Shown piece after piece: positions 46,501-56,600 of a stretch of DNA of 64,000 bases. Source of the DNA: a virus (lineage: Duplodnaviria > Heunggongvirae > Uroviricota > Caudoviricetes); the IMG/VR virus record IMGVR_UViG_3300025012_000032; one strand, 5' to 3'. The position numbers and the translations under genes were made by a program. The stretch's first letter is position 1, and each line of letters begins with the position of its first letter. The notes under the pieces are model-generated. The model searched no databases. It had not been told where the DNA came from and worked only from the letters and a program-made list of their open reading frames with translations.

Positions 46501-48738
46501 AGTGGAGAATTAATATCCGCATATGAATTACATGACTCAGAACAAGTATCAAATCTAAAGTATGATTTTCTAAATACCAAAACAGAATCAATGCTTCAAT
46601 TGACAATGGAAATGCTAGTGAAAAATAAAAAAATTGAATGGCAAGGTAGTTTGAGGAAAACATATAATAAATATCTACATCCAGACGTTATAGACTTTAA
46701 ATCAAAAGAAATGTGGGATATTCTATGTAGAGGAGAATTACTCTCTTGTTTTCAATTTGAATCGAGTGTCGGTGAACAAGCAATTAAATTAATTCAACCG
46801 CAAAATTTAATTGATGCATCCAATGGAAATACAGTTATGAGATTAATGGTAGAAAATGGAGAACAGCCATTAGAAAAATTCGTTAGATATAAAAATAATA
46901 TCTCTGAATGGTATAAGGACATGAAAAAGTTCGGATTAAATGAAGTACAAGTCAATATAATGGAAAAGCATTTATTACAAGACTATGGAGTATGTTCAAG
47001 TCAAGAGAAAATGATGTTGTTAACTATGGATAAAGATGTTGCAGGATTTGGTGTAATAGAGAGTAATAAATTGAGAAAAGGCGTAGCTAAAAAACAACAG
47101 AAATTGATTGACGATGCTAAAACATTGTTTTTTGAATGGGGAGAAAAAGCCAATGCCCCTAAAATTTTATTAGAGTATATTTGGAATGAACAAATAGCCT
47201 TACAGCTTGGGTATTCTTTTTCAATTTTGCATTCCGTAGCTTATACAATCATTCTTATTCAACAATTAAATCTAGTCTATTATTTCCCTCCTATTTATTG
47301 GAATACGGCAGTATTGATGGTAGAGTCGGGGGCAGTTGATAGAGAAACCTGTGATGATTCCGATATTGAAGCAAAAGAAAGAACTACCAATTATGGAGAA
47401 ATTGCAAAAGCAATAGGAAAACTACAGGCTAAAAAAATTAATATATCATTACCATATGTAAATAAAGCAGGACAAGGATTTTTACCTAATGAAGAAAACA
47501 ACGAAATTATTTTTGGATTTAAAGGAATTATGAAAATCAACAATGAAACAGCACAAACCATAATGCAAAATAGACCATATGCAAATTTAAAAGATTTTCA
47601 TGAGAGATTGGTATTAGTTAAAAAAGAAGTGACTTTGAAAACTGGCAAAACTCAAATGAGGTCTTTAATAGCGGAGGGTCAGACCATAATGTTAATTAAG
47701 GCAGGAGCATTTGATAAAATTGAAAATAAATCAAGAGAAAAAATCTTAGAAGATTATCTGCGTCTATTGAATCCTTCTAAGCAAAAATTAAATTCTAAAG
47801 ATATTGCTAAAATTGCAGAAATGGGAATCATACCTTCTAATTTAAAAGAAGAAATTAAATTTTATAATTTCAGAGAATATTTAATGAGTATGCCAAAGCA
47901 AAAAGATGAACAAACAAAAACAATTACTTGGTATAAAGTGCATGATGAATTCAATGAAGAAGATACGGAATATGCGAATAATTTTTTCATGGAGAATTTT
48001 GCAAATGAAATGGAGGAAAATAAAGATTATAAATATGATGAAGAAGGATATTTATTAATTGCATTAGGAACCCCACGTAAGGGATCTTTTGAATTTGTTT
48101 ATAGGAGTAAAATTGCTCAATTAAATAAATGGATTAATACAGAAGAATGCATAAATACGTATACGAATAATATTTTTCAAAATATTAAAAACGAGTATAT
48201 GCAAGGCAATATTAGTTCTTGGGAAATGGCAAGCATGAATTACTACTATAATGTTCACGAGCTTGCAGGAATTGATCATAATAAATATGGAGTAGTGGAC
48301 TTTAATGATTTACCTGAAGAACCTGTAGTCATTGGTTTTACCAAGTATAAAGGCTTACAATATCCTAAATTCCAATTAAATAGAATTGTAGGAACAGTAT
48401 TAGATAGAGATAAAAACAAACACTCTGTTACAATATTAACCCCTACTGGAGTTGTTGTATTAAAGTTTTATGCAGGTCAATTTTCTTTCTATGATAAAAC
48501 CATATCTAAAGATGTAGGAATAGCAGATGAAAATGGTAAAATCAAAAAGGTAGTATTGGAAAATGGATGGTTTTCTAGAGGTAGCTTGATCATGGTCACA
48601 GGCTTCAGAAGAGGAGATATCTTTAAACCAAAAAGATACAAAAACAGTATTTATCAACATGCTCTATCTAAAATTGTAGAAGTGCGAGAAGATAATGAAT
48701 TAATTCTTCAAAATGATAGAGTACAATTGGTGGAATAA
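43594..48738 (+). CDS. dnaE: DNA polymerase III alpha subunit (DnaE-type, N-terminal PHP domain), intein-containing
   Basis: PHP motif VHLHTHHEHSNLRFRDS. DIDIDYSSHKKD. The catalytic THA|[intein]|CGVIILNEP. A C-terminal OB fold. Confidence 0.85.
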   Translation: MTILDEDFVHLHTHHEHSNLRFRDSVNKIKDMILHVDGLGNRSMALTDHDALSGHIKFLNTVKELKSKDKIHKDFKPILGNEIYLVDEEIMYEEMKDQNKKPKFYHFLILAKDNEGHEQMRKLSTRAWTRLFSYKGVERVPTFYSDIESIVSKNKGHLIASSACLGGMLPHLILSLLQEENEEIQEQIKDELDDFLNWCLDLFGEDFYIELQPSLQQEQIDFNRMAVRIAKAYNIKWIVTTDAHYLTAKDREIHKAFLTSEDDLNNNREVDMFYSTTHFFTVDEIFKNMDYLETEDIEKAILNTKEVADKVVGYDFFAKSIIPLRELPKKSEWYPVNQKILSKYPYIKELYEDIESQHTFLITQTFKGIEERGIKKEKLDDILERVNIECKEITGASKAKHQPMGAYLNTMQKNVDIIWEEAESFVGPGRGSANGYIINYLLGITQVNPLEQGVEMPHWRFMSAERPDIFDIDIDYSSHKKDVVMDKIVKYYQSIGGDAIRVCTFGTETSKSAIQTACRGLHINNDVALYLSSLVPIERGKVWSIHDCFYGDPDNGRKAVTEFRNMVSEYTDKNLLNVILGIEGLINKRSTHACFDKESLVSTSEGLKRIIDIKIGDKVLTHKRRFKPVIDLIKTTAGSMYTLKTKSSFPIEVTEDHPFYVRERSDTEGGKIFSKPKWKQVYELSIGKDYVGIPINNESIIPENDLTSLPFNCKDFWWIIGRYIGDGWTENYTREKKIKNRKTNKWVERRIIICCSKVNENEVQEITQYLDNLNFKYRVEEVKTTYKVHIQNKELYSYLQGFGRYAYGKYINQDVFNLPRDYVAVFLEGYISADGHLRTENNTYTIKTISKKLAIGTMQLINKAFHRYATIGILPPKTEYIEDREVESKEKYEIKFTKDTRKKEKSFYEDGYIWTRLSYLKRKMEPKTMYNLTVLDDNSYVVHGLGVHNCGVIILNEPITKHNSVMRSPSGELISAYELHDSEQVSNLKYDFLNTKTESMLQLTMEMLVKNKKIEWQGSLRKTYNKYLHPDVIDFKSKEMWDILCRGELLSCFQFESSVGEQAIKLIQPQNLIDASNGNTVMRLMVENGEQPLEKFVRYKNNISEWYKDMKKFGLNEVQVNIMEKHLLQDYGVCSSQEKMMLLTMDKDVAGFGVIESNKLRKGVAKKQQKLIDDAKTLFFEWGEKANAPKILLEYIWNEQIALQLGYSFSILHSVAYTIILIQQLNLVYYFPPIYWNTAVLMVESGAVDRETCDDSDIEAKERTTNYGEIAKAIGKLQAKKINISLPYVNKAGQGFLPNEENNEIIFGFKGIMKINNETAQTIMQNRPYANLKDFHERLVLVKKEVTLKTGKTQMRSLIAEGQTIMLIKAGAFDKIENKSREKILEDYLRLLNPSKQKLNSKDIAKIAEMGIIPSNLKEEIKFYNFREYLMSMPKQKDEQTKTITWYKVHDEFNEEDTEYANNFFMENFANEMEENKDYKYDEEGYLLIALGTPRKGSFEFVYRSKIAQLNKWINTEECINTYTNNIFQNIKNEYMQGNISSWEMASMNYYYNVHELAGIDHNKYGVVDFNDLPEEPVVIGFTKYKGLQYPKFQLNRIVGTVLDRDKNKHSVTILTPTGVVVLKFYAGQFSFYDKTISKDVGIADENGKIKKVVLENGWFSRGSLIMVTGFRRGDIFKPKRYKNSIYQHALSKIVEVREDNELILQNDRVQLVE
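45373..46440 (+). mobile_element. Intein with a LAGLIDADG homing endonuclease, inserted at the DnaE catalytic HAxG site
   Basis: N-terminus CFDKESLVSTSEG. Two LAGLIDADG motifs (IIGRYIGDGW and FLEGYISADGH). C-terminus VHGLGVHN followed by +1 Cys. The extein rejoins as THA-CGVII. Confidence 0.7.
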
Positions 48739-48756
48739 ATTAAAGGAGTGATACAT

Positions 48757-51700
48757 TTGGAAGAAGATTACGAAGACATATTAGTAAAATGCAAGGTTCG
48801 TTTAACACAACAAAGGTTTCCTAAAAAGGAAGTTATTAATAACGGAGATTTCGGAATAATTATTGTTACTGTATTGGATGTTTTGCAGGGAGATCCACAA
48901 ATAAACAAGTGGGGAACAATTACTTTAACTGGTAATATGTGTGAAATAAATGATGAAGATATATATATCGTGACAGCTAGAGAGTTTATGCATGAGAAAT
49001 ATAAGTTGCAGTATCAAGTGGTATTTATGTGTACAGATATAAAATTAACCAATAAAGCGGATCAATATAAATTTTTAGAAAAAATACTACCTGAGAAACA
49101 ATGTGTAGATATATTCAAAGCATTTGAAAATCCAATGGAAATATTAGAAAATAAAGATGTTAAGGCATTATGTACTATAAAAGGAATCGCAGTACCCACT
49201 GCATTAAAATTAATAGAAAAATATGAAAATGGCAAAGATTATTCTGAAGCATATATTGAATTAGATAAGTATGGTTTGACTAAACATATGATAGATAAAT
49301 TAGTTGATTACTTTGGAAGTCCTAATACAGTAATTGCTAAAATTAATGAAAATCCATATCTATTAATTGATGAAGTAGATGGAATAGGATGGGAAACAGC
49401 AGATGAGATGGCATTAAATGGAGGATTAGGAGAATATTCAATTAATCGAATTAAAGCATATGTTAAATATTATCTATATGAAGAAGCTAATGAAGGAAAT
49501 ACATGGGTAGATATAGATGATTTATTGGATGCAGTAGATGGATCAATTAGTGCTGATTTGCCACAAGAGATTTTATCAGAAGCATTGAAAGAAATGAATG
49601 AGAAAAAGGTAATTTGGACTAATGAAGATAAAGATAAAATAGGTTTGATGAAATATTTCAAGTTAGAAAAAAATATCGCCGAAGAACTTCATAGATTAAA
49701 TTCAGTAGAAAATACATTTGGAATTGGTGATTGGAGAACAAAGATTAAAGGATTAGAAATAAGACAAGGTTGGGAATTTACAGATGAACAAATTGAAGGT
49801 ATTCAGGCAATATTAGAATATCAAGTAATAATGATAATTGGGGGAGCCGGAAATGGAAAATCGTCTACCGTAGCAGGAATGCTTGAAGTATTTAAAGAAA
49901 ATTATTCTTTTGCTCAAACTGCTTTGTCTGGTAGAGCATCTTGTAATCTAAGTGAAATTACTGGTGAAGATGGATATACAATACATAGATTATTAGGATA
50001 CAATCCTAAAGTTGGTTTTGTATATAATAAGAATAATAGATTACCTAAAGACATTATTATTCTAGACGAACTGAGTATGGTTGGAGCAGATATTTTTTAT
50101 AAATTAATCCAAGCTATCGAATCAGGATCAAAATTAATTATGCTAGGAGACAAACATCAGTTAGAAGCCATTGGCGTAGGCAATATTATGTTTGATATGA
50201 TAGAAAGTGGATATATCAAGTGTGTAGAATTAACTAAAATCCACAGACAAGCAGAAAAATCAGCAATAGTAACAGAAAGTATAAAGATAAAAGACCGGAA
50301 ACAAATAATTGATAAAAACTTTATGGGAAAGGAGATAAGAGGAGAATTACAAGATTTTGAACTAGATATATATAAAAACAAAGATACTACTCCTAAAAGA
50401 GTCGTAGCACATTTTAAAGAATTATTGCCAAAAACAGAGGATATTTTTGATATCCAAGTAGTAGTACCAATGAAAGAAAGAGGGAAAGCAAGTGCATATT
50501 ATCTAAACAACTTACTACAAGAGATTGTTATTGATACTGGAGTTAGCGAAAAAATAGATGTTGGAGAAAATTCAAAACATCTTTTTTCTATTTTTGTTGG
50601 AGATAAAGTATTAAACAATAAAAATAATTATGAGACTCTAAATGAAAATGGCGAAGAAATTCCAATTTATAATGGCGATTTAGGTATAGTCATAGGTATG
50701 GATGTTATAAGAAGAACATTAGTTGTCAATTTTAATAATAAGGGGAATATATATATTCCCAAAGCACATTTAAAGCATATTACTTTAGGTTATGCAATGA
50801 CGACTCATAAATGTATACCAAAAGATACTCATATTTTAACTGGCAAAGGTTTAGAAACAATAGAAGATTATATCAATATTGAAAAAATTGGCACATATGA
50901 GTACATGGGTGATGGTAATATCTTTAATGGATTAGAGATGGAAAAACCAAGTTTGATACATAATGTTGGCAAAGCAGAATGTAGAGAAATAACAACTAAT
51001 AATGGGTATTCCCTCACAGCTACATTAGATCATGGGATTGATGTTATCTCAGAAAATGGATATATTGTAAGAAAGGATTTTAAGGATTTAACATTAGACG
51101 ATCAGGTTATACTTGCTCAAAATACAAATGTATTTGGCAATATTGTTGACATCCCTGATGCATATTTTAATTATACGCTCGATGTTAGATCAATAATATA
51201 TACTAAACCTAAAATATTGGATGAAAAATTGGCATTGTTGCTTGGAATGATTGTAGCAGATGGAACTGTCAGACATGCACACATATGTTATGGCAAAATA
51301 AATAAAGAAGTTGTTGATGCTTTTATTGGAGTAGTAAAAAAAATATTTAATTATAGTTGTAGTATGAGATATAGTGAAGTAGGAAACATATATTTAGCAG
51401 AAATAAACTCTACTGATATAGTGTCTTTTCTAATGAATTTCGGAGGGTTGGAACCAAACAATAAGAGTATTCCTAATTTGATAAAACAATCAACAAAAAA
51501 TAATATTTGCTCTTTCCTTAAGGGCATGTTTGAGGATGGAGGAGTTCATCTTAAAGAAGGAAATTTTGATATGATTGAACTTACTCAGTCTAACAACAAA
51601 AAGCTGATAGCTGAAATACAATTACTTCTATTGAATTTAGGAATACTATCCTCCATTAAAGACTATAAAAAGTATGGGAAATCTGCTCATCTTAACACAT

Positions 51701-52356
51701 TAACGAATAAATTGTTTATCTACAGAAAAGAAGCTGTTAAATTTGATAATCTAATAGGATTTATTGCGTATCATAAGCAAGAGGCATTAAAATTAGCATA
51801 TAAAGAAACAAAATCTCGCGAACAGAATTCAATAAGAAATATTGGTATAATATTGAAAAAGATTATGAAAAAACATAAATTGCCATTAGATAAAAAGTTT
51901 AAAATAAGACTAAATGGTTCAACAAATAGAGATGGTATAACTAAATGGGTATTAAATAAATTTTTGTCTTTTTGTGAAAGCATTCATGATGATGAAGACA
52001 TAAAATATCTCAATTACATAAACGATAATTGTTTGATTCAAGATATTGCTCAAATAAACGATAAGGGGGAAATTGAATGCTACTGTTTTACAATGCCAGA
52101 TAGTGGAAAGTTTCTCCAAAATGGTTTTCGTGGATTTAATTGTCAGGGTAGTGGAATCAAATATGTAATTGCAGCATTGGATTATACTCATTATAAATTG
52201 CTCACAAAAGAAATGGTATATACTATGCAAACTAGAGCAAAGGAATATTGCGTATTATGTGCAGAAAATAAAGCATTAAGATATGCAACTACTCATACTA
52301 GTGTATCGACTAAACAGACTCATTTGCAACAATTGCTTACGGATTATAAATCATAA
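48757..52356 (+). CDS. RecD-like SF1 helicase (exodeoxyribonuclease V alpha family), intein-containing
   Basis: Walker A IIGGAGNGKSST. Motif V GYAMTTHK|[intein]|CQGSG, equivalent to HKSQGSE. The likely start is TTG at 48757 behind AAAGGAGTGATACAT. Confidence 0.8.
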   Translation: MEEDYEDILVKCKVRLTQQRFPKKEVINNGDFGIIIVTVLDVLQGDPQINKWGTITLTGNMCEINDEDIYIVTAREFMHEKYKLQYQVVFMCTDIKLTNKADQYKFLEKILPEKQCVDIFKAFENPMEILENKDVKALCTIKGIAVPTALKLIEKYENGKDYSEAYIELDKYGLTKHMIDKLVDYFGSPNTVIAKINENPYLLIDEVDGIGWETADEMALNGGLGEYSINRIKAYVKYYLYEEANEGNTWVDIDDLLDAVDGSISADLPQEILSEALKEMNEKKVIWTNEDKDKIGLMKYFKLEKNIAEELHRLNSVENTFGIGDWRTKIKGLEIRQGWEFTDEQIEGIQAILEYQVIMIIGGAGNGKSSTVAGMLEVFKENYSFAQTALSGRASCNLSEITGEDGYTIHRLLGYNPKVGFVYNKNNRLPKDIIILDELSMVGADIFYKLIQAIESGSKLIMLGDKHQLEAIGVGNIMFDMIESGYIKCVELTKIHRQAEKSAIVTESIKIKDRKQIIDKNFMGKEIRGELQDFELDIYKNKDTTPKRVVAHFKELLPKTEDIFDIQVVVPMKERGKASAYYLNNLLQEIVIDTGVSEKIDVGENSKHLFSIFVGDKVLNNKNNYETLNENGEEIPIYNGDLGIVIGMDVIRRTLVVNFNNKGNIYIPKAHLKHITLGYAMTTHKCIPKDTHILTGKGLETIEDYINIEKIGTYEYMGDGNIFNGLEMEKPSLIHNVGKAECREITTNNGYSLTATLDHGIDVISENGYIVRKDFKDLTLDDQVILAQNTNVFGNIVDIPDAYFNYTLDVRSIIYTKPKILDEKLALLLGMIVADGTVRHAHICYGKINKEVVDAFIGVVKKIFNYSCSMRYSEVGNIYLAEINSTDIVSFLMNFGGLEPNNKSIPNLIKQSTKNNICSFLKGMFEDGGVHLKEGNFDMIELTQSNNKKLIAEIQLLLLNLGILSSIKDYKKYGKSAHLNTLTNKLFIYRKEAVKFDNLIGFIAYHKQEALKLAYKETKSREQNSIRNIGIILKKIMKKHKLPLDKKFKIRLNGSTNRDGITKWVLNKFLSFCESIHDDEDIKYLNYINDNCLIQDIAQINDKGEIECYCFTMPDSGKFLQNGFRGFNCQGSGIKYVIAALDYTHYKLLTKEMVYTMQTRAKEYCVLCAENKALRYATTHTSVSTKQTHLQQLLTDYKS
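50812..52140 (+). mobile_element. Intein with a LAGLIDADG homing endonuclease in RecD-like helicase motif V. The C-terminus is Phe-Asn rather than His-Asn.
   Basis: N-terminus CIPKDTHILTGKG. Two LAGLIDADG-type motifs (LLLGMIVADGT and FLKGMFEDGG). It ends ...GFRGFN followed by +1 Cys. The extein rejoins as AMTTHK-CQGSG. Confidence 0.65.
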
Positions 52357-52374
52357 ATTATAAAATAAATATAT

Positions 52375-52403
52375 TTGACTTCCGCGCCCAGAAATGCTAT
52401 AAT
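52375..52403 (+). promoter_or_regulatory. Perfect-consensus sigma-A promoter: TTGACT, 17-nt spacer, TATAAT. The spacer is GC-rich (TCCGCGCCCAG).
   Basis: Hexamers and spacing read from the sequence. It is followed by GAGGAGGTGA and an ATG at 52432. Confidence 0.65.
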
Positions 52404-52431
52404 ATAAACATAGAGAGGAGGTGAAACAAAA

Positions 52432-52578
52432 ATGAATCCCACAAAACTCATCAATCGCATCGATGGTCAATGGACTACCTGCACTTATCAAGAATACAAT
52501 TCCCAAGACAAAGTAAACTTCATGTTTAGCAAAAGTGATTTAACCAATACAACTACATATTACAAAAAGATTGGTTAA
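52432..52578 (+). CDS. Hypothetical small protein (48 aa)
   Basis: GAGGAGGTGAAAC RBS followed by ATG. The ORF is below the track cutoff. Confidence 0.4.
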   Translation: MNPTKLINRIDGQWTTCTYQEYNSQDKVNFMFSKSDLTNTTTYYKKIG

Positions 52579-52672
52579 ATAATCATAATTTGCAAACACA
52601 AATCATAAAATAATTATCATAATATTAGCAAGAGTTTGATCACATATCTTATAAATACTACTAATCAAATTC

Positions 52673-52894
52673 TTGCTACAATCAAAAGAGGTGATACATA
52701 TAAAGATTTTACACGGCAGAGATGGCGATTGGATTCAATGTACTTTTGAAGAATATAATAAAAACTATACCGATAAAGTTAATTACACATTTATTGTAGA
52801 TCAAGATACTAATAAAGGACATTATTATAAAAAGGTGAGAATTGAAGTATTTGATAAAGAATCAAATATTAAAAATGAAAGGATGGAAGATTGA
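52673..52894 (+). CDS. Hypothetical small protein. The 5' end is uncertain (TTG at 52673 without an RBS, or ATA at 52700 behind AAAAGAGGTGA).
   Basis: ORF from the track. A strong SD sits inside the annotated N-terminus. Confidence 0.35.
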   Translation: MLQSKEVIHIKILHGRDGDWIQCTFEEYNKNYTDKVNYTFIVDQDTNKGHYYKKVRIEVFDKESNIKNERMED

Positions 52895-52897
52895 TAA

Positions 52898-53104
52898 TTG
52901 GCTAGTTTGTCAATGTGTAAAGCAGTAAACAACTGTATTCAAAAAGATATTTGCTATAGATTCAATGCTATTCCTGAAATTGTTGACCAAGTATACATTC
53001 GATTCCATAATCTTTGTTTCTTGGAAAATGATTGGTTTTATTTCTGGGGAGACAGGGATAAGATGATTAAACCAGAATTAATTGAAGAGAAAGAAGGTGA
53101 ATAA
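52898..53104 (+). CDS. Hypothetical small protein
   Basis: TTG start behind AAAGGATGG. Confidence 0.4.
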   Translation: MASLSMCKAVNNCIQKDICYRFNAIPEIVDQVYIRFHNLCFLENDWFYFWGDRDKMIKPELIEEKEGE

Positions 53105-53110
53105 AAACAT

Positions 53111-53350
53111 TTGAGTGTTAATTTAAGTGGTGCAGATTTCAATAAATACATTGTCATTAAACAAGAGGATATAACTAAACATGCTTCAGAACAAGATAGG
53201 ATAGATTTAGCTAGGATACTTAAAAATATTAGAATCAGTAGATATAAATTCAATAAGAATACAGGAAATAAATATCTTGTTATTAATGTTGATGTTGATT
53301 ATGCAGGAGAGGTTGTTGATATTCTAAAGAAGAATAATCATTGGAAGTAA
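53111..53350 (+). CDS. Hypothetical small protein
   Basis: TTG start behind GAAGGTGAA. Confidence 0.4.
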   Translation: MSVNLSGADFNKYIVIKQEDITKHASEQDRIDLARILKNIRISRYKFNKNTGNKYLVINVDVDYAGEVVDILKKNNHWK

Positions 53351-53370
53351 TTGAAGGGAGGTGATACATA

Positions 53371-53571
53371 TTGAAAACCATTGATGAATATAATCAAGAA
53401 AAAATGAAGACTATTCAAATAGAAAATAAGCAATGGCAAAAATGCAATATTATTTGCTCACTATGCGGTGAAGAATTATTAGTAGATACATGGATGATAT
53501 ATACATCAAATCCACCAAAAAGAAAAGTGTTGTGTGAAAAATGTGGTGATATAAATTATATTTTGGCATAA
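53371..53571 (+). CDS. Small zinc-ribbon protein (CSLCGEE...CEKCGD)
   Basis: GGGAGGTGATACAT followed by a TTG start. Two CxxC pairs. Confidence 0.5.
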   Translation: MKTIDEYNQEKMKTIQIENKQWQKCNIICSLCGEELLVDTWMIYTSNPPKRKVLCEKCGDINYILA

Positions 53572-53629
53572 AAGAAGATTTTCATTGGATAATAAATTAT
53601 AAAATAAATTTACATAAAGGAGATAATAC

Positions 53630-56600
53630 ATGTACAAATTTAATGAGGTTGCAAATTTCATATTAGAATCAGATTATCTTTTAGAGAATGAAACTCCTGA
53701 AAAAATGTTTATGCGAGTATCTAAAAAAATTGCTAGTGTAGAGAAAACAGAAGAACTAATACAATATTGGACAAATAGATTTTATGATACAATGGTAGAA
53801 GGATATTGGATGCCAGCAACTCCATTTTTAATGAATGCTGGTGTAAACAATATGTTATCATCGTGTTTTGTTGTTGGTGGTTTAAAGGATGATTTACATT
53901 CAATTTTTTATACAAATGAAAGATCAGCAATTATCACCAAAATGGGTGGTGGTATTGGTTTAAATATTTCAAAATTGCGTGAAAGAGATGCTAAAATTGT
54001 TTCAACAAAAGGTAAAAGTACAGGCCCAATTTCATTTATGAAGGTTTTCAATACAACATTAGATGTAGTTATGCAAGCAAGACGTAGGGGTGCAGGTATT
54101 ATTGTAATGGATATTTATCATTCAGATATTGAATCATTTATTACAGTAAAATCAGATCATAATGAAATCAAAAACTTTAATATTTCAGTTCTTGTAGATG
54201 ATAATTTTATGCAAGCAGTAAAAGAAAATAAAAATATTGAATTAAAAAGTCCACTTGGATATGTGACGAAGGTGATTAATGCTAAAGAATTATTTGATAA
54301 AATTGTCACTAATGCTAGATATCATTCGGAGCCAGGAATTATCTTCAGATCGGCAGTCAATAAAGACAATCCATGCTTAAAAGTTTTAGGAGAAATTGAT
54401 TCAGTAAATGCATGTGTTACTGGAGATACACTAGTTTTGACTGATAAAGGATATTCTAGAATTGACTCTATATTAGATAAGGAAATAAATGTATGGAATG
54501 GTACTGAATTTTCTAAAGTAATCCCTACAATTACAGGTAAAAATGAAAAAATACTAGATATTGAATTTAGTGACGGTTCACAGCTTTCTTGTACAGAATA
54601 TCATAAATTCCATACTCAACAAAATTTACGAGCTAAAGTCATTGTAAAGCAAGCAAATGAATTAACTACAAATGATAAATTAACTAAGTATAATTTTCCA
54701 GTAATTGAAGGACAAATTAATGAAGATGATAAAAAAATGTATACATTAGGGGCGTATGCAGGTGATGGAACAATAAGTAAAGAAAAGAACTGGGCTATTA
54801 TCTATCTCTATGACGTAAAACAAAATTTATTGCCTTATATTGAATATATACATGAAAGACAAGAAGATGGAAGAATATTTTTAAGATTATCAAATAGTTA
54901 TTTGGATTATACAAAAGAGTTTGTTCCCAATGCTGATTATACTATTAAAAATAGATTGAGTTGGTTGGCAGGTATTATTGACACAGATGGAACTCATAAC
55001 TCAAAAGATGGCACAATTGCAATTTCCTCAATCAATAAAGAATTTTTACAGAAAATTAAATATATGTTAAATACTTTAGGTTGTAATTCAATATTAAATA
55101 TAATGAAAGAATCTTGTATTAAGGCAATGCCAAAAGGAGATGGTTATAAAGATTGCTTCTGCCAAAAAAGTTATAGGTTGGTAATTAATGCTAGTAATGT
55201 TTTTAGACTTATGAATCTTGGATTAGAAACTCATAGAGTTATTTTAGATGCAAATCCTAATCGAGAAGCAGGTAGATTTATATCTGTTAAAAGTATTATT
55301 AAAAGAGAAAGAACCGAACCTTTAGTATATTGTTTTAATGAACCTCTAAAACACTTAGGATGCTTTAATGGTGTTGTAACTGGGCAATGTGGTGAAATAC
55401 CTCTTTATGAAAATGAAGCATGTAATTTAGCATCACATAATTTACAAAAATATATTGATAAAAAAGGTAAATTTGATTTTGAAAAATTAGATTATGTTAC
55501 AGAAACTATTGTTAGATTCTTAGACAACAGTATTGATATAAATAATTTACCAGATGATACTATTAAAAAGGCAGTATTATTAACACGTAAATTAGGTATT
55601 GGAGTTATGGGTTTAAATCCTATGTTAACTAAAAAAGGATTATCATATGATTCTAAAGAAGGTAGAATTTTTGCCAAATCTGTTATGAAGAGAATCACTG
55701 ATACTGCTCAAAAATATAGTAGTCAATTAATTGAAGAAGGTAGGGAATTGCCTGAAGCATGGTATGGTAGTACATTTGAAGAGCAAGGGATAAAAATTAG
55801 AAATCTGTCTGTAACATCAGGTCAACCAACAGGTGCAACACAAATGCTATTAGATGAAGAATGTGCAAGTTCAGGGGTAGAAACTTATTTTGCGATAGTC
55901 TACAAGAGATTAGTAAGAGAAAAAGAATACATAATGGTAAATACGTTATTTAGAGATATTGGAAATTCTGAAGGTTGGTTAAATGATAATTTAATTCAAC
56001 AAATACTTGCTAATAGTGGAAGTTGTCAAGGATTTAAAGAAATTCCTGAAAAATGGCAAAAACTATTTAAAACATCTCTTGAAGTATCATGGGAAGACCA
56101 TATCAAAATGCAAGCAGAATTACAGCAAGTAACTACGAACGCTTTATCAAAGACAATTAATATGTCTCAAAATTCAACAGTTGAAGATGTATACAATGCC
56201 TTTATGATGGCGTGGGAACTTGGATGCAAGGGAACAACAGTATATGTTCAGAATTCAAGAGAAAATCAAGTTCTAAGTGCAGAATCACCAATTGAGGTTA
56301 ATAAATATGTTCCTATTAATGAAACTTTAGATATTGCTAATTCAGTAAGATTAAAAGTAAAAACAGGTTGTGGTTCAATGTGGTTATTTTTAATATACAA
56401 TGAAAATGGAAAACTATGTGAAGTATTTTCTCAAAGTGGCTCCAGTGGTGGATGTCAGGGAATGACCATCGCACTCACTAGAATGATCTCTACGATGTTA
56501 AAAGCCAATGTTGATCCATATGTTATCATCGAACAATTACAGAGCGTTAAATGCGATGTAAGTGTTGCAGCACATAAGAAGGATAAAGAAGTTGGTAAGA

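Noticed and set aside
7088-53373. Recurrent AAAGGAG(G)TGATACAT motif (about 7088, 48741, 52684 and 53356) that looked like a conserved regulatory element
   Set aside because: It is simply an extended Shine-Dalgarno sequence. It is complementary to the 16S rRNA 3' end (AAGGAGGTGATC), and in each case it is followed at the right spacing by a start codon.
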